Shown in pieces: positions 10,463 through 19,198 of a stretch of DNA of 64,000 nucleotides. The notes below the pieces were generated by a model. It was given only the letters and a program-made list of their open reading frames with translations. It had not been told where the DNA came from and ran no database searches. Source of the stretch: a virus. The DNA lies in IMG/VR virus record IMGVR_UViG_3300026118_000001, positions 1 through 64,000 of that record. The stretch is one strand, 5' to 3'. Every line of letters starts with the position of its first letter. Within the stretch, counting starts at the first letter, position 1. The translations under genes and the position numbers were made by a program.

Positions 10463-10606
10463 ATGGAACCTATAACTAAATACGTTTATCAAGATGGAGA
10501 ATATAGTTTAAAATATTCTGATGGAGTGATTAAATATTTTGATATAAATGGTGAGTTTCTTGGAGATAATGAAAAAACAATAAATAAAAAGTTATTATTA
10601 GTGTAA
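10463..10606 (+). CDS. small hypothetical protein (47 aa, not in ORF track)
   Basis: MEPITKYVYQDG...INKKLLLV; fills the intergenic gap. Confidence 0.5.
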   Translation: MEPITKYVYQDGEYSLKYSDGVIKYFDINGEFLGDNEKTINKKLLLV

Positions 10607-10614
10607 ATAAGATA

Positions 10615-10815
10615 ATGATTTCTTATAAAGAAAAAGCAGAAACATTATATCAAAATTCTTTAGATAAATTAAGAAATAAAGCAATAGCAGCAGGAAAAGC
10701 AATGGATAATGCTATGAAGTTAGAATATTCTGTTGGTGGAACTACTAATTGTCACTTTATGATTGATAATTATTTGAAGTATTTTGATTATGAAAAAATT
10801 AAAAATTTAAAATAA
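10615..10815 (+). CDS. hypothetical protein
   Basis: ORF in operon. Confidence 0.5.
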   Translation: MISYKEKAETLYQNSLDKLRNKAIAAGKAMDNAMKLEYSVGGTTNCHFMIDNYLKYFDYEKIKNLK

Positions 10816-10826
10816 AAATAAATAAT

Positions 10827-11054
10827 ATGAAACAAATATCAAAAACAGAATTTACAATAGATGTAACTTCAGGAAAAACTAGAAAAGAGTTAATGAAAAA
10901 ATATGAATTATCATTAACAAATATTAAAGCAATAGCTAAAGAACTAAATTTAGAAATTAAAAGAGATTTTAAACCTAAATTTGTATTAGTAGATGATGTT
11001 CCTACAAATCAATTGAATATGGATAAAGAATTAGTTTTTGAAAATCTAAACTAA
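10827..11054 (+). CDS. small putative HTH DNA-binding protein
   Basis: TRKELMKKYELSLTNIKAIAKEL is HTH-like. Confidence 0.45.
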   Translation: MKQISKTEFTIDVTSGKTRKELMKKYELSLTNIKAIAKELNLEIKRDFKPKFVLVDDVPTNQLNMDKELVFENLN

Positions 11055-11152
11055 TATAACAATAATTAGACCGTTTAATAAGTTTTATAGGGAATGTAAA
11101 TCTGCGTAGAAATTTATTTTAAAATATAAAAATAAATATAAAAGAAGAGAAA

Positions 11153-11707
11153 ATGGAATTAAATTTTAGTAGTGCAGTAGAAGTAAAAACAAATGAAAAT
11201 ATCCCAGCATTTTTAGCTCCTGGAAATCATATTGTTACAATAATAGAAGTTAAGAAAGGAGAAAGTGCTCAAAAGAAAACACCTTTTGTTGAAATAAGTG
11301 TTCAAGATAAGAATTTGGCTAAATGTTCTCATGTATATTATATTAGTGAAGGATCTATGCCTTATACAACAAGAGCAATTTTAACATTAATTGAAGCGGC
11401 TTTTGATTGTACAGAAGAAATAGCATTAACTAAAGTGACAGGTTTATCCACTGAAAATATTGATATGAAATTATCTTCATTATTGGTAGGTAAAGAAATT
11501 GCTATTAATATTGCAGGAGAAGAGATAATGCCAACAGAAGAAGATAAATCTAAATGGGTTAAATCTGTATTTGGAGGATTTACATTTGCAAGACCAGTTA
11601 AAGATTTAGGTAAATTATCAACTAAAGTTCATATTAAAGCAGCACCTTCAGTAGAAACAACTGTTGGAATTACAGTTAGTAAAGCTGGAGATGATCTACC
11701 TTGGTAG
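11153..11707 (+). CDS. putative single-stranded DNA-binding protein (DUF669-like)
   Basis: PG-x-H-x-V-x-I OB-fold start, acidic-aromatic tail GDDLPW, lies between Sak4-like ATPase and primase. Confidence 0.7.
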   Translation: MELNFSSAVEVKTNENIPAFLAPGNHIVTIIEVKKGESAQKKTPFVEISVQDKNLAKCSHVYYISEGSMPYTTRAILTLIEAAFDCTEEIALTKVTGLSTENIDMKLSSLLVGKEIAINIAGEEIMPTEEDKSKWVKSVFGGFTFARPVKDLGKLSTKVHIKAAPSVETTVGITVSKAGDDLPW

Positions 11708-11735
11708 TCAATTGTAAAAACAATTAACATAAAAT

Positions 11736-11811
11736 AAATTATTAGGTGCTCAAATGATCTAAATGAATGTATTTGAGTTAAAAGCAAATCATGACTGCTG
11801 CCTAATAATTT
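11736..11811 (+). other. candidate structured RNA (three-way junction)
   Basis: Stems 11736-47/11800-11 (12 bp), 11748-56/11770-78 (9 bp), 11783-86/11796-99 (4 bp). Confidence 0.45.
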
Positions 11812-11828
11812 TTATAATATATAATAAT

Positions 11829-12059
11829 ATGACAACAAATGATATAATAGCTAAATATTCTTTTATATATTATGAAAATCAAGATGATAAATATAGGGAT
11901 ATGTTAATTGAATTTGCTAAAATTCATGTAATAAAGGCATTGGAAAAAGCCAGCTTAAAGATAAAATTAGATGCTCTTGAAACATATGGAACAGAAGTTC
12001 CTGATTGTTGGAGTGTTGATTCAATTTTAAATGCTTATGATTTAGATAATATAAAATAA
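11829..12059 (+). CDS. hypothetical protein
   Basis: Start moved from 11763 (inside the RNA structure) to MTTNDII; MLIEFAKIHV..AL...DSILNAY is a recognisable small phage protein pattern. Confidence 0.6.
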   Translation: MTTNDIIAKYSFIYYENQDDKYRDMLIEFAKIHVIKALEKASLKIKLDALETYGTEVPDCWSVDSILNAYDLDNIK

Positions 12060-12061
12060 AT

Positions 12062-12226
12062 ATGAAAATAAAAAATAAAGAATTTAATTTTTATAAAAGT
12101 GTATATGGAAATACTTTTTTCTCTTTTCTTCCTTTTATAAATATTTGTATTTATAAAGAATTTGCAGTATGTTCAACTGGTTGGCTTTTATTTTATTATA
12201 GTTTTTATATAGATTTAACAAAATAA
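12062..12226 (+). CDS. small hydrophobic protein (54 aa, not in ORF track)
   Basis: MKIKNKEFNFYKSVYGNTFFSFLPFINICI...GWLLFYYSF; fills the gap exactly. Confidence 0.45.
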   Translation: MKIKNKEFNFYKSVYGNTFFSFLPFINICIYKEFAVCSTGWLLFYYSFYIDLTK

Positions 12227-12227
12227 T

Positions 12228-13241
12228 ATGGAATTAAATTTTGATAGTGCCTATTTAAATTCTATTACTAAGGAGGAAATACTATCAAAAATTTCAGAAT
12301 ATGATATATTTAGATATTATTGTCATAATTTTAAAGAATTAGAAGTAGCTTTTTGTTCTGAACTTAGAAAAGATAATAATCCCTCTTGTTATATTACAGC
12401 CAAATATAATAATCTAATTTATAAGGATTTTGGTAATGGAGAATCATATACTTGTTTTGATTATGTAGCTAAGAAGTTTAATTCTAATTATTTTGAAGCT
12501 CTTACTATTATTGGTAATGATTTTTCAATTAGAAAGAGTAATATTACATTAGAACCAAGAATTCTTCTTTCTAATGATGAATTTAAGGGTAAAATTAGTA
12601 ATATTCCTAGAGAGAAATCTATAATTACAATTTTAGAACAACCATTTACAATTTTTGATTACAAATATTGGCAGCAATATGGAATTTCATTAGAAAAACT
12701 TGAAGAATTTGATGTATTTTCAGCTAAACAAGTGTATCTTATAAAAGGTAATAAAAGAATAACGTTTTCCTATAATAAGAATAATCCTTGTTTCGCATAT
12801 AGATTTAATTCTGAAACAGGATATTCATATAAGATTTATTGGCCTTTATCAAAAGATAAGAAACATAAGTGGCTTTTCAGTGGTGGTTCCAGTTCAGATA
12901 TAGAGGGTTATTCTCAGCTTCCATTAATTGGTAATATATTAATCCTAACAAAGTCATTAAAAGATGTAATTTGTTATAATATAATTGGTTATAATGCTAT
13001 TTCACTTCAAGGTGAAGGAAATAAACTAGAACAATCATTAGTTGATAAATTATTAAAAAGATTTAATAAGATAATAATTAACTATGACAATGATGAGAGA
13101 GGAATAATTGAAACAAATAAGTTGGTAAATCAATATAAATTTGATTATTTTTATATTCCAAATGAGAAAGATATTTCAGACTACACTAAGAAATTTGGAA
13201 TAGAAGAAACAAAAAAAATGATAGAAAATAAATTAAAATGA
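12228..13241 (+). CDS. DNA primase (DnaG-type, TOPRIM)
   Basis: N-terminal S-x-LR-x-D-x-NPSC...YKDFG; TOPRIM region ILTKSLKD...YDNDERG...KDISD. Confidence 0.85.
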   Translation: MELNFDSAYLNSITKEEILSKISEYDIFRYYCHNFKELEVAFCSELRKDNNPSCYITAKYNNLIYKDFGNGESYTCFDYVAKKFNSNYFEALTIIGNDFSIRKSNITLEPRILLSNDEFKGKISNIPREKSIITILEQPFTIFDYKYWQQYGISLEKLEEFDVFSAKQVYLIKGNKRITFSYNKNNPCFAYRFNSETGYSYKIYWPLSKDKKHKWLFSGGSSSDIEGYSQLPLIGNILILTKSLKDVICYNIIGYNAISLQGEGNKLEQSLVDKLLKRFNKIIINYDNDERGIIETNKLVNQYKFDYFYIPNEKDISDYTKKFGIEETKKMIENKLK

Positions 13242-13675
13242 ACAATAATAAATTACAAATAGCATTTTCTCCTACAACAGAAATGTGGAGTTTTCAAGTA
13301 TTTAGAGATTTAATTAAAGAAATAGTATTAGATGTTGATGGTAGTGATATTTATATTATTACGAGTAATACAGATCAAGGTCTTATTAATGATATAGTAG
13401 TTGAAACAGGATTAAATACAGATAATATATTTATAGTTAATGATAATAGTGATGTAATTACTAAATTGGAAACTATGAATATATCAATATTTCTTACAGA
13501 TGATAGTATATTAGAAAGAGAAGTAAATTTACAAAATCCAATAAGTTTATTAAAAAATAATGTATCTGGTACACAAGCAATTTTAATAAATAATATAATT
13601 GATGTTAATAAACTTCAATTTAAATATTTTACTTATTTAAAATTCTGGACAGATCAAATTAAAAAATATAAATAA
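13238..13675 (+). CDS. hypothetical protein (possible degenerate HAD-like fold)
   Basis: IYIITS...K...IFLTDD pattern; no DxD motif I. Confidence 0.55.
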   Translation: MNNNKLQIAFSPTTEMWSFQVFRDLIKEIVLDVDGSDIYIITSNTDQGLINDIVVETGLNTDNIFIVNDNSDVITKLETMNISIFLTDDSILEREVNLQNPISLLKNNVSGTQAILINNIIDVNKLQFKYFTYLKFWTDQIKKYK

Positions 13676-13896
13676 TGAAGAGATATAAATTACATTTTAG
13701 TTTAATTTTTAATAAATGTATAAACTTTATACCTAGTATTAATATAAATTTATTGGATTATGATAATGATTTTCAAGTAATTATTTCAATTCCAGAGTTT
13801 TCTTTTTGTTGGTTTGGTATTGAGTTTGAAATTAATATTGGTAATGAATATGAATGGAATAAATATTTAATACAAAAGAATGGTTTGGAAGATTAA
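13675..13896 (+). CDS. hypothetical protein
   Basis: TAATG-coupled ORF. Confidence 0.5.
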   Translation: MKRYKLHFSLIFNKCINFIPSININLLDYDNDFQVIISIPEFSFCWFGIEFEINIGNEYEWNKYLIQKNGLED

Positions 13897-14323
13897 AATA
13901 GTGAAACAAAAGAAAATTAAAGTTAAAAAAGAAAAGAAAATAGTTGAAAAACCATTTAATAATGGTACGATGACAACATCAAGTTTTTTTTCTTTCTTGA
14001 GGGCTGCATTGAGGGCCAAATCTAGATTTTGGTTGCCTGCTCAAGAATGTAGAAAAAATGCTAGAAGACCAAATCAGTCATCTAATAAACGTCTTAAATG
14101 GGAAGTACAGTGTGCTAAATGTGAAAATTGGTTTCCTGACAAAGAAATAAAATGTGATCATATTATTGGTGCTGGTAGTTTAAATTCATTTGAAGATTTA
14201 CCAGAATTTTGTAAGAGATTATTTTGTGAAGTTGATGGTTATCAGATGTTGTGTGATCCTTGTCATAATATTAAAAGTCAAGAAGAAAGAAAACAATTAA
14301 AAGAAGCTAGAAATAATGTATAA
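13880..14323 (+). CDS. HNH-like zinc-binding endonuclease
   Basis: CAKC...CDHI...QMLCDPCHNIK. Confidence 0.75.
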   Translation: MVWKIKIVKQKKIKVKKEKKIVEKPFNNGTMTTSSFFSFLRAALRAKSRFWLPAQECRKNARRPNQSSNKRLKWEVQCAKCENWFPDKEIKCDHIIGAGSLNSFEDLPEFCKRLFCEVDGYQMLCDPCHNIKSQEERKQLKEARNNV

Positions 14324-14495
14324 AGTGCCAACGAGTGTATTAAAAGAAGCTCATTTAGTTTTAAAAATGTATACAAATTCATATCCTTCAGAATATTCAA
14401 CTGGAATGAAGGATTTAGGTACATTTTTAACTAAAAGAAGGAAAAAAGCTGAAAAATTAATTAAATTATTAGAGGAAAATTATGAACTCAAATAA
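14316..14495 (+). CDS. hypothetical protein (59 aa, not in ORF track)
   Basis: MYKVPTSVLKEAHLVLK... overlaps both neighbours. Confidence 0.45.
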   Translation: MYKVPTSVLKEAHLVLKMYTNSYPSEYSTGMKDLGTFLTKRRKKAEKLIKLLEENYELK

Positions 14496-15270
14496 GATTG
14501 CTTTAATTGATTCAGATTCATTATTATACATAAATTTGTATAATAAAAAGGATACAATTCCTAAAACATTAGAAGAATGTAAAGCATCTTTAGATAATTA
14601 TATATATAAAATAATATTTACTACAGAAGCTACACACTTTTTATTATTTCTAACTTTAGGTAAAAACTTTAGATATGAAATAAAATCTGATTATAAAGGA
14701 AATAGAAAAAGTGATAAACCTCTATATTTTGAAGAATGTAGAGAATATTTAATAGATAAATATCAAGCTATTTTTAATCATGATTTGGAAGCTGATGATT
14801 TATGTTTAATTTATAGTAATAATATACCATCTAGTTTTATTTGTGCTTGTGATAGTGATATATTAGAAGGATTAGAAGGAAGTCATTTCAATTATAAGAA
14901 ATTTGAATGGATTATAACTTCTAAGGAACAAGCAAATTATAAATTCTGGTCTAGTATGATTACAGGAACTCATAATGGGATTTCTGGATTAAAAGGTAAA
15001 GGTGAAGTTTATGCTAAAAAGATTTTTTTAGGAACTGGTCTTACTTGGAAAATAACTCATGATAATGATTTGTGTAGAACTAGAACATTTAATGAATATA
15101 TAGATTTTTATAAAGATGAATCTATAGCAATAGAAGAGTTTTATAGAAATTATAAATGTATTAAAATACTAGACAAATATGAAAATTTAGAAATTAAAGC
15201 TCCTATTGAATATAATAGAGCACAATATATTGATAATAATGTCAAAGAGGAGAATATTGAAGAGTGGTGA
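14482..15270 (+). CDS. 5'-3' exonuclease (T7 gp6 / T5 D15-like)
   Basis: LIDSDSL, NFRY, YKGNRK, LEADD, DSD, H3TH-like ISGLKGKG. Confidence 0.85.
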   Translation: MNSNKIALIDSDSLLYINLYNKKDTIPKTLEECKASLDNYIYKIIFTTEATHFLLFLTLGKNFRYEIKSDYKGNRKSDKPLYFEECREYLIDKYQAIFNHDLEADDLCLIYSNNIPSSFICACDSDILEGLEGSHFNYKKFEWIITSKEQANYKFWSSMITGTHNGISGLKGKGEVYAKKIFLGTGLTWKITHDNDLCRTRTFNEYIDFYKDESIAIEEFYRNYKCIKILDKYENLEIKAPIEYNRAQYIDNNVKEENIEEW

Positions 15271-15814
15271 TGATTATAAGAATAAGAGTAGATTATTCTT
15301 ACTTCCAATGCTTGGAATTAAATTATTGCATATAAATAAAGAAAGAGAAATTGATTACTTAATTGATGTTAATTTCTTACAAATTGGATTTCCTCAAATA
15401 GTATTAATATTTGATAATTTTGATTATGAACCATTAAAAGAAGATATATATAGAATATCAAATATAAGTGAATATATTGATTGTGAATATAGTGATGATG
15501 ATAAAGAAGTTGTATTATTTTTTGATGTTCCATTAAAGTTTAAAAAGGATTTTGAATTATTTGTTAAAGGAAAGTATTCAAAGTTTAGTGAGAATTATAA
15601 GAAAGTATTAATTGAAGAATATAAAAGTTATAGAAACACAGGATTAAATAAGTTTAATTTACCAAAAGTTTCTATATATGATGCTATTTATCCATTAGAA
15701 AGTACAAGGAGGATGATAGCAGATGAATTGGAACAAAATATAGAATTGATTGAAGAGGTGTTAGATGCACCAAATCTAGAAAAAGAAGAATTTAAATATA
15801 TAGATGAACTATGA
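15206..15814 (+). CDS. hypothetical protein
   Basis: Long ORF; true start probably the later MSKRR. Confidence 0.6.
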   Translation: MNIIEHNILIIMSKRRILKSGDDYKNKSRLFLLPMLGIKLLHINKEREIDYLIDVNFLQIGFPQIVLIFDNFDYEPLKEDIYRISNISEYIDCEYSDDDKEVVLFFDVPLKFKKDFELFVKGKYSKFSENYKKVLIEEYKSYRNTGLNKFNLPKVSIYDAIYPLESTRRMIADELEQNIELIEEVLDAPNLEKEEFKYIDEL

Positions 15815-15990
15815 CAAAACAAGATGCAATTGGTGTGACACTTAGAAAATTAGATTACATCTGGAATAAGAAATCTATGACATTTTGTAAAGCTGTTAAA
15901 GAGTTAATGGGAGGTAGTTTTGAAGATATGAGTGATGATGAACTTATACAAAAAATAAAAGATATAACAATAGATAAAGAAGCAAAATAA
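15811..15990 (+). CDS. hypothetical protein (59 aa, not in ORF track)
   Basis: ATGA overlap, MTKQDAIGVTLRKLDYIW... Confidence 0.5.
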   Translation: MTKQDAIGVTLRKLDYIWNKKSMTFCKAVKELMGGSFEDMSDDELIQKIKDITIDKEAK

Positions 15991-15993
15991 TTT

Positions 15994-16545
15994 ATGGAAA
16001 TTAAATTAGAAGATTTTGAAAAACAAAGAAGTAATTTAAAAGCATTTGGTCTTAGATTACTTTCAAGATCTACTATTTTAAAAGATGTAGATTTATTAGT
16101 AGATGATTTAATTCAACAAACATATTTAGATTTTCATAGATATGGTGTAGATAAAATGAAAGATGAAGATCATTTTAAAATGTTTTTAAATTCATGTTTA
16201 AAGACAAATTATTATCAACTATTTGATATTACAAGAAAAAATGCTCAATATACAATGTTTAAAAAATCATTAGTTATTTTTGATGATGATAATGAGGAAG
16301 AAGAAATTCTTCCAGATCATTATAAATGTTATATAGAAAATGAATATTTTGATGAAATTGATGTTTTTAAGAAAGAATTAACTGAAAGAGAAACTTTGAT
16401 ATTAAATTATCTTTTAGAAGGATATTCTCAAAGGGAAATAGCAGAAAAAAGTAATTTATATATAAATATTATATTTAGAAATATTCAAAAAATTAAAGAA
16501 AAATATAAAAACTATGAAAATACAAGTAGTAAAATGTTCAGATGA
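15994..16545 (+). CDS. ECF-type sigma70-like factor
   Basis: Region 2-like DDLIQQTYL and region 4 HTH LTERETLILNYLLEGYSQREIAEK. Confidence 0.7.
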   Translation: MEIKLEDFEKQRSNLKAFGLRLLSRSTILKDVDLLVDDLIQQTYLDFHRYGVDKMKDEDHFKMFLNSCLKTNYYQLFDITRKNAQYTMFKKSLVIFDDDNEEEEILPDHYKCYIENEYFDEIDVFKKELTERETLILNYLLEGYSQREIAEKSNLYINIIFRNIQKIKEKYKNYENTSSKMFR

Positions 16546-17005
16546 AGATGCTTGGTATAAAGATTATGATTTTCCAATTAAAACTAGAGTTGATTCCCTT
16601 AATGGGGAATTAGCTAGAGATTTAAATAATGATTTATTTTATCATTCTAGTGATTGTATAAATGATGAAGAATTTATTGATGATAAACCAACTAAAGATA
16701 GTGTAGGAAAATTATTTTATGAAATAGACTGGGAATTTATAGAAGGAATGGCTAAAAGAATGGCATTGAATAAGAAAAATGGTAAATATGATGTGTTTGG
16801 ATGGAGAGATAAAGGTGTTAATATTCCTGAAATGAATCAAGCTCTTATAAGACATTTAATTGCTATTCTTAAAGGTGAATTATCTGATGATACACAAGAT
16901 TATTCTCATTATTATGCTTTGGCTTGTAATTCTATGTTAATAGTTAATGAATTAGAAAGAAATAGAAAGGATTTGATAAATAAAATCAGAAATATAAAAT
17001 TTTAA
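16514..17005 (+). CDS. dATP/dGTP diphosphohydrolase-like (DUF5664-type) protein
   Basis: KY-x3-W...ALIRHL...D...HYYALACNSML pattern. Confidence 0.6.
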   Translation: MKIQVVKCSDEDAWYKDYDFPIKTRVDSLNGELARDLNNDLFYHSSDCINDEEFIDDKPTKDSVGKLFYEIDWEFIEGMAKRMALNKKNGKYDVFGWRDKGVNIPEMNQALIRHLIAILKGELSDDTQDYSHYYALACNSMLIVNELERNRKDLINKIRNIKF

Positions 17006-17009
17006 TAAA

Positions 17010-17414
17010 ATGTCAAAAGAAAGAAAATTATTAATGCAAAAATTAGTTAAAGAAGAAGCAACTAATTTATTAAAATATGCTAAAAAGAAAGAATTAAATA
17101 ATTTGAATTTTGAAAATTTAGATTCAAATGATAAGGAAAAATGTATTTATGGACAAATTACTGGTGATTGTTTTAATAATAGGGCTAGTACTTTAGTTGT
17201 TAAATGTGCTTCTAGAGTTTATGTATATGATGAAGAAAAAGAAGATATTCTAAAAAATAATAGAATTAATGGAAAGCCAAAATTAGAAGAAAGAAATAGA
17301 TATTTTAGTCCAATAGAAGTTTTTATTTATAATAAAACTAATCAAAATAATGGAAATAATAAAATGTTAGTTGATTATTTAAAAGGAGAAAGAAAAACAC
17401 TAAAATTTAAATAA
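17010..17414 (+). CDS. hypothetical protein
   Basis: 134-aa ORF. Confidence 0.6.
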   Translation: MSKERKLLMQKLVKEEATNLLKYAKKKELNNLNFENLDSNDKEKCIYGQITGDCFNNRASTLVVKCASRVYVYDEEKEDILKNNRINGKPKLEERNRYFSPIEVFIYNKTNQNNGNNKMLVDYLKGERKTLKFK

Positions 17415-18448
17415 TGAAATTAACAAAAAAACAAAAATTAATTTATGATTGGTTAATTTCTAAACCTGGATATTTAAAGAAATCAGCAGATAAACTTTGT
17501 GAAATATCTGATTTATATGGATCTTTAAAAGATCATGAAATAGCTTTAAAAGAAGCTAGAAAAGATAATAAATTTAGTGATAAAGTAATAATAGATAATT
17601 TTAGTAAATCTAATGAATTAGTTATTTTAGATAATATTAAGAAATTTGGAATTGAATATCATCCAAAAGATGTAGCTTTTAAAACTAATGTGTCTAAACA
17701 AAGAAATCAATCAGGAACTTATTTTGTAAGTGGTTGTATTCATGCTCCTTGGCAAAATAAATTAATGTTTGATAGTGTATTAAATTTTCTTAAAAAAGAA
17801 GTTGACTTATATGGTATTATTTTAGCAGGTGATATAATTGATTTAAATTCTCTTAGTTCTCATGATAAAGGTAAAAAACCAATAAAAGGAGTAACTTTAG
17901 ATTGGGAATATTCAGAAGCTAATAAGTTCTTAGATACTTTAGATGATTTAAATATTAAAGGAACTAAGGATTATATATATGGTAATCATGAGGATAGATA
18001 TTTGAGATATATGAAAGATATTGATAATTCTAAATTGGGAAGTGCTTTGCAATCTCCAGAAATAGGTTTAAAACTTAGAGAAAGAGGTTATAATGTATAT
18101 ACTGATTGGAAAAATGATGCTATTAGTTTAGGTGTTCATTTAGATATTAATCATGGTGAATTTCTTAATGTGCATACAGCAAAGAAAACTATAGATACTT
18201 ATAGAAAATCTAATTTATATTTTCATACACATAGGTATCAAGTTTATACAGAAGGTAAAGTTGGGGGATTTAATATGGGTTTTGGAGGTGATATAGATGC
18301 ACCAATATTTGGATTTGCTACTAGAGCTATGAAATTAAGCTGGACTAATTCATGTACATTAGTTCATCTAGATAAAGATGGTATGTTTCATGTTCAACCG
18401 CTAGTTTATGTTAATAACCAATTAATTGTTAATGGTAAAAAATATTAA
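17414..18448 (+). CDS. calcineurin-like metallophosphoesterase
   Basis: GCIH (DxH variant), GDIID, GNHEDR, HG, HTHR. Confidence 0.8.
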   Translation: MKLTKKQKLIYDWLISKPGYLKKSADKLCEISDLYGSLKDHEIALKEARKDNKFSDKVIIDNFSKSNELVILDNIKKFGIEYHPKDVAFKTNVSKQRNQSGTYFVSGCIHAPWQNKLMFDSVLNFLKKEVDLYGIILAGDIIDLNSLSSHDKGKKPIKGVTLDWEYSEANKFLDTLDDLNIKGTKDYIYGNHEDRYLRYMKDIDNSKLGSALQSPEIGLKLRERGYNVYTDWKNDAISLGVHLDINHGEFLNVHTAKKTIDTYRKSNLYFHTHRYQVYTEGKVGGFNMGFGGDIDAPIFGFATRAMKLSWTNSCTLVHLDKDGMFHVQPLVYVNNQLIVNGKKY

Positions 18449-18467
18449 TTTATGAATCAATAAAATT

Positions 18468-18977
18468 ATGATTAAATTATTTAAAAATATGAAAACATTA
18501 AAACTAAGTGATGAAAAAGCACTTGAATTATATAAAAATGCAGATCAATCTTTTAAGTGTCTATTAGAAGAAAATTTTGGTAAAGATTTCTTTAAACCTA
18601 AATTAATTACAGATAAAGTTTTTGATATAGAAACTCTTTGTGAATATTTAAATATTGATGAAGATGAGTTATATATTTTTAAAAAGAATACAAAAGACAA
18701 ACATGAAAGATATATAAATGCTTGTAATATTCTTTCTAAAATAGCTCAAGTTTATAATGAAGGTGTAATATTAGATTGGAAAAATAGTAATATTTATAAA
18801 TATTTACCTTATTTAAGCTTTTCTGATTCTGATGGGGGGGTTGTTGAGTTCTGTACTTGGCGCTATTGTTTGTGTGGGTCTGTTGGTCTTTACTATAAAA
18901 CTAATGAATTATCTAAATCTTCTTATAATAATTTTCAATCAATTTGGGAAGATTATTGGGGAATGAAAGCTAATTAA
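18468..18977 (+). CDS. DGR target protein 1
   Basis: Contains VR1; paralog of 20139..20624 (LDW-x5-YK-x-x-PY); start may be 18489. Confidence 0.9.
   Translation: MIKLFKNMKTLKLSDEKALELYKNADQSFKCLLEENFGKDFFKPKLITDKVFDIETLCEYLNIDEDELYIFKKNTKDKHERYINACNILSKIAQVYNEGVILDWKNSNIYKYLPYLSFSDSDGGVVEFCTWRYCLCGSVGLYYKTNELSKSSYNNFQSIWEDYWGMKAN
18817..18890 (+). repeat. variable repeat VR1
   Basis: 74-nt ungapped match to 19004..19077; 18 of 19 mismatches at TR adenines. Confidence 0.95.
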
Positions 18978-18986
18978 TAATATTAA

Positions 18987-19167
18987 AGTTGGTACAATAA
19001 TTTGCTTTTCTAATTCTAGTGAGAGAGTTGTTGAATTCAATAATTGGAACTATAATTTGAATGAGTCTATTAGTCTTCGCTTATTATATCATATTGTACA
19101 ACTGTGGCTATAGCCAAAAAATAAATAAAACTTAAAACAGCTTTGGTAAATTATTGAAAAAGATGTT
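18987..19167 (+). ncRNA. DGR template RNA 1 (TR1 with structured flanks)
   Basis: Non-coding; stem 18987-99/19092-103 encloses TR1; hairpin 19105-16; stem 19136-67. Confidence 0.7.
19004..19077 (+). repeat. template repeat TR1
   Basis: AAT/AAC-rich non-coding copy of VR1, 22 adenines. Confidence 0.95.
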
Positions 19168-19198
19168 AATAATAAGTAAAAAAGAATAAAATAATTTT

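Noticed and set aside
11055-11152. Intergenic segment upstream of ssb as a structured RNA
   Set aside because: Only weak, G-U-heavy pairing; no second copy to support it
11763-11828. ORF-track N-terminal extension MNVFELKANH...
   Set aside because: Lies within the predicted RNA structure; ATG at 11829 fits better
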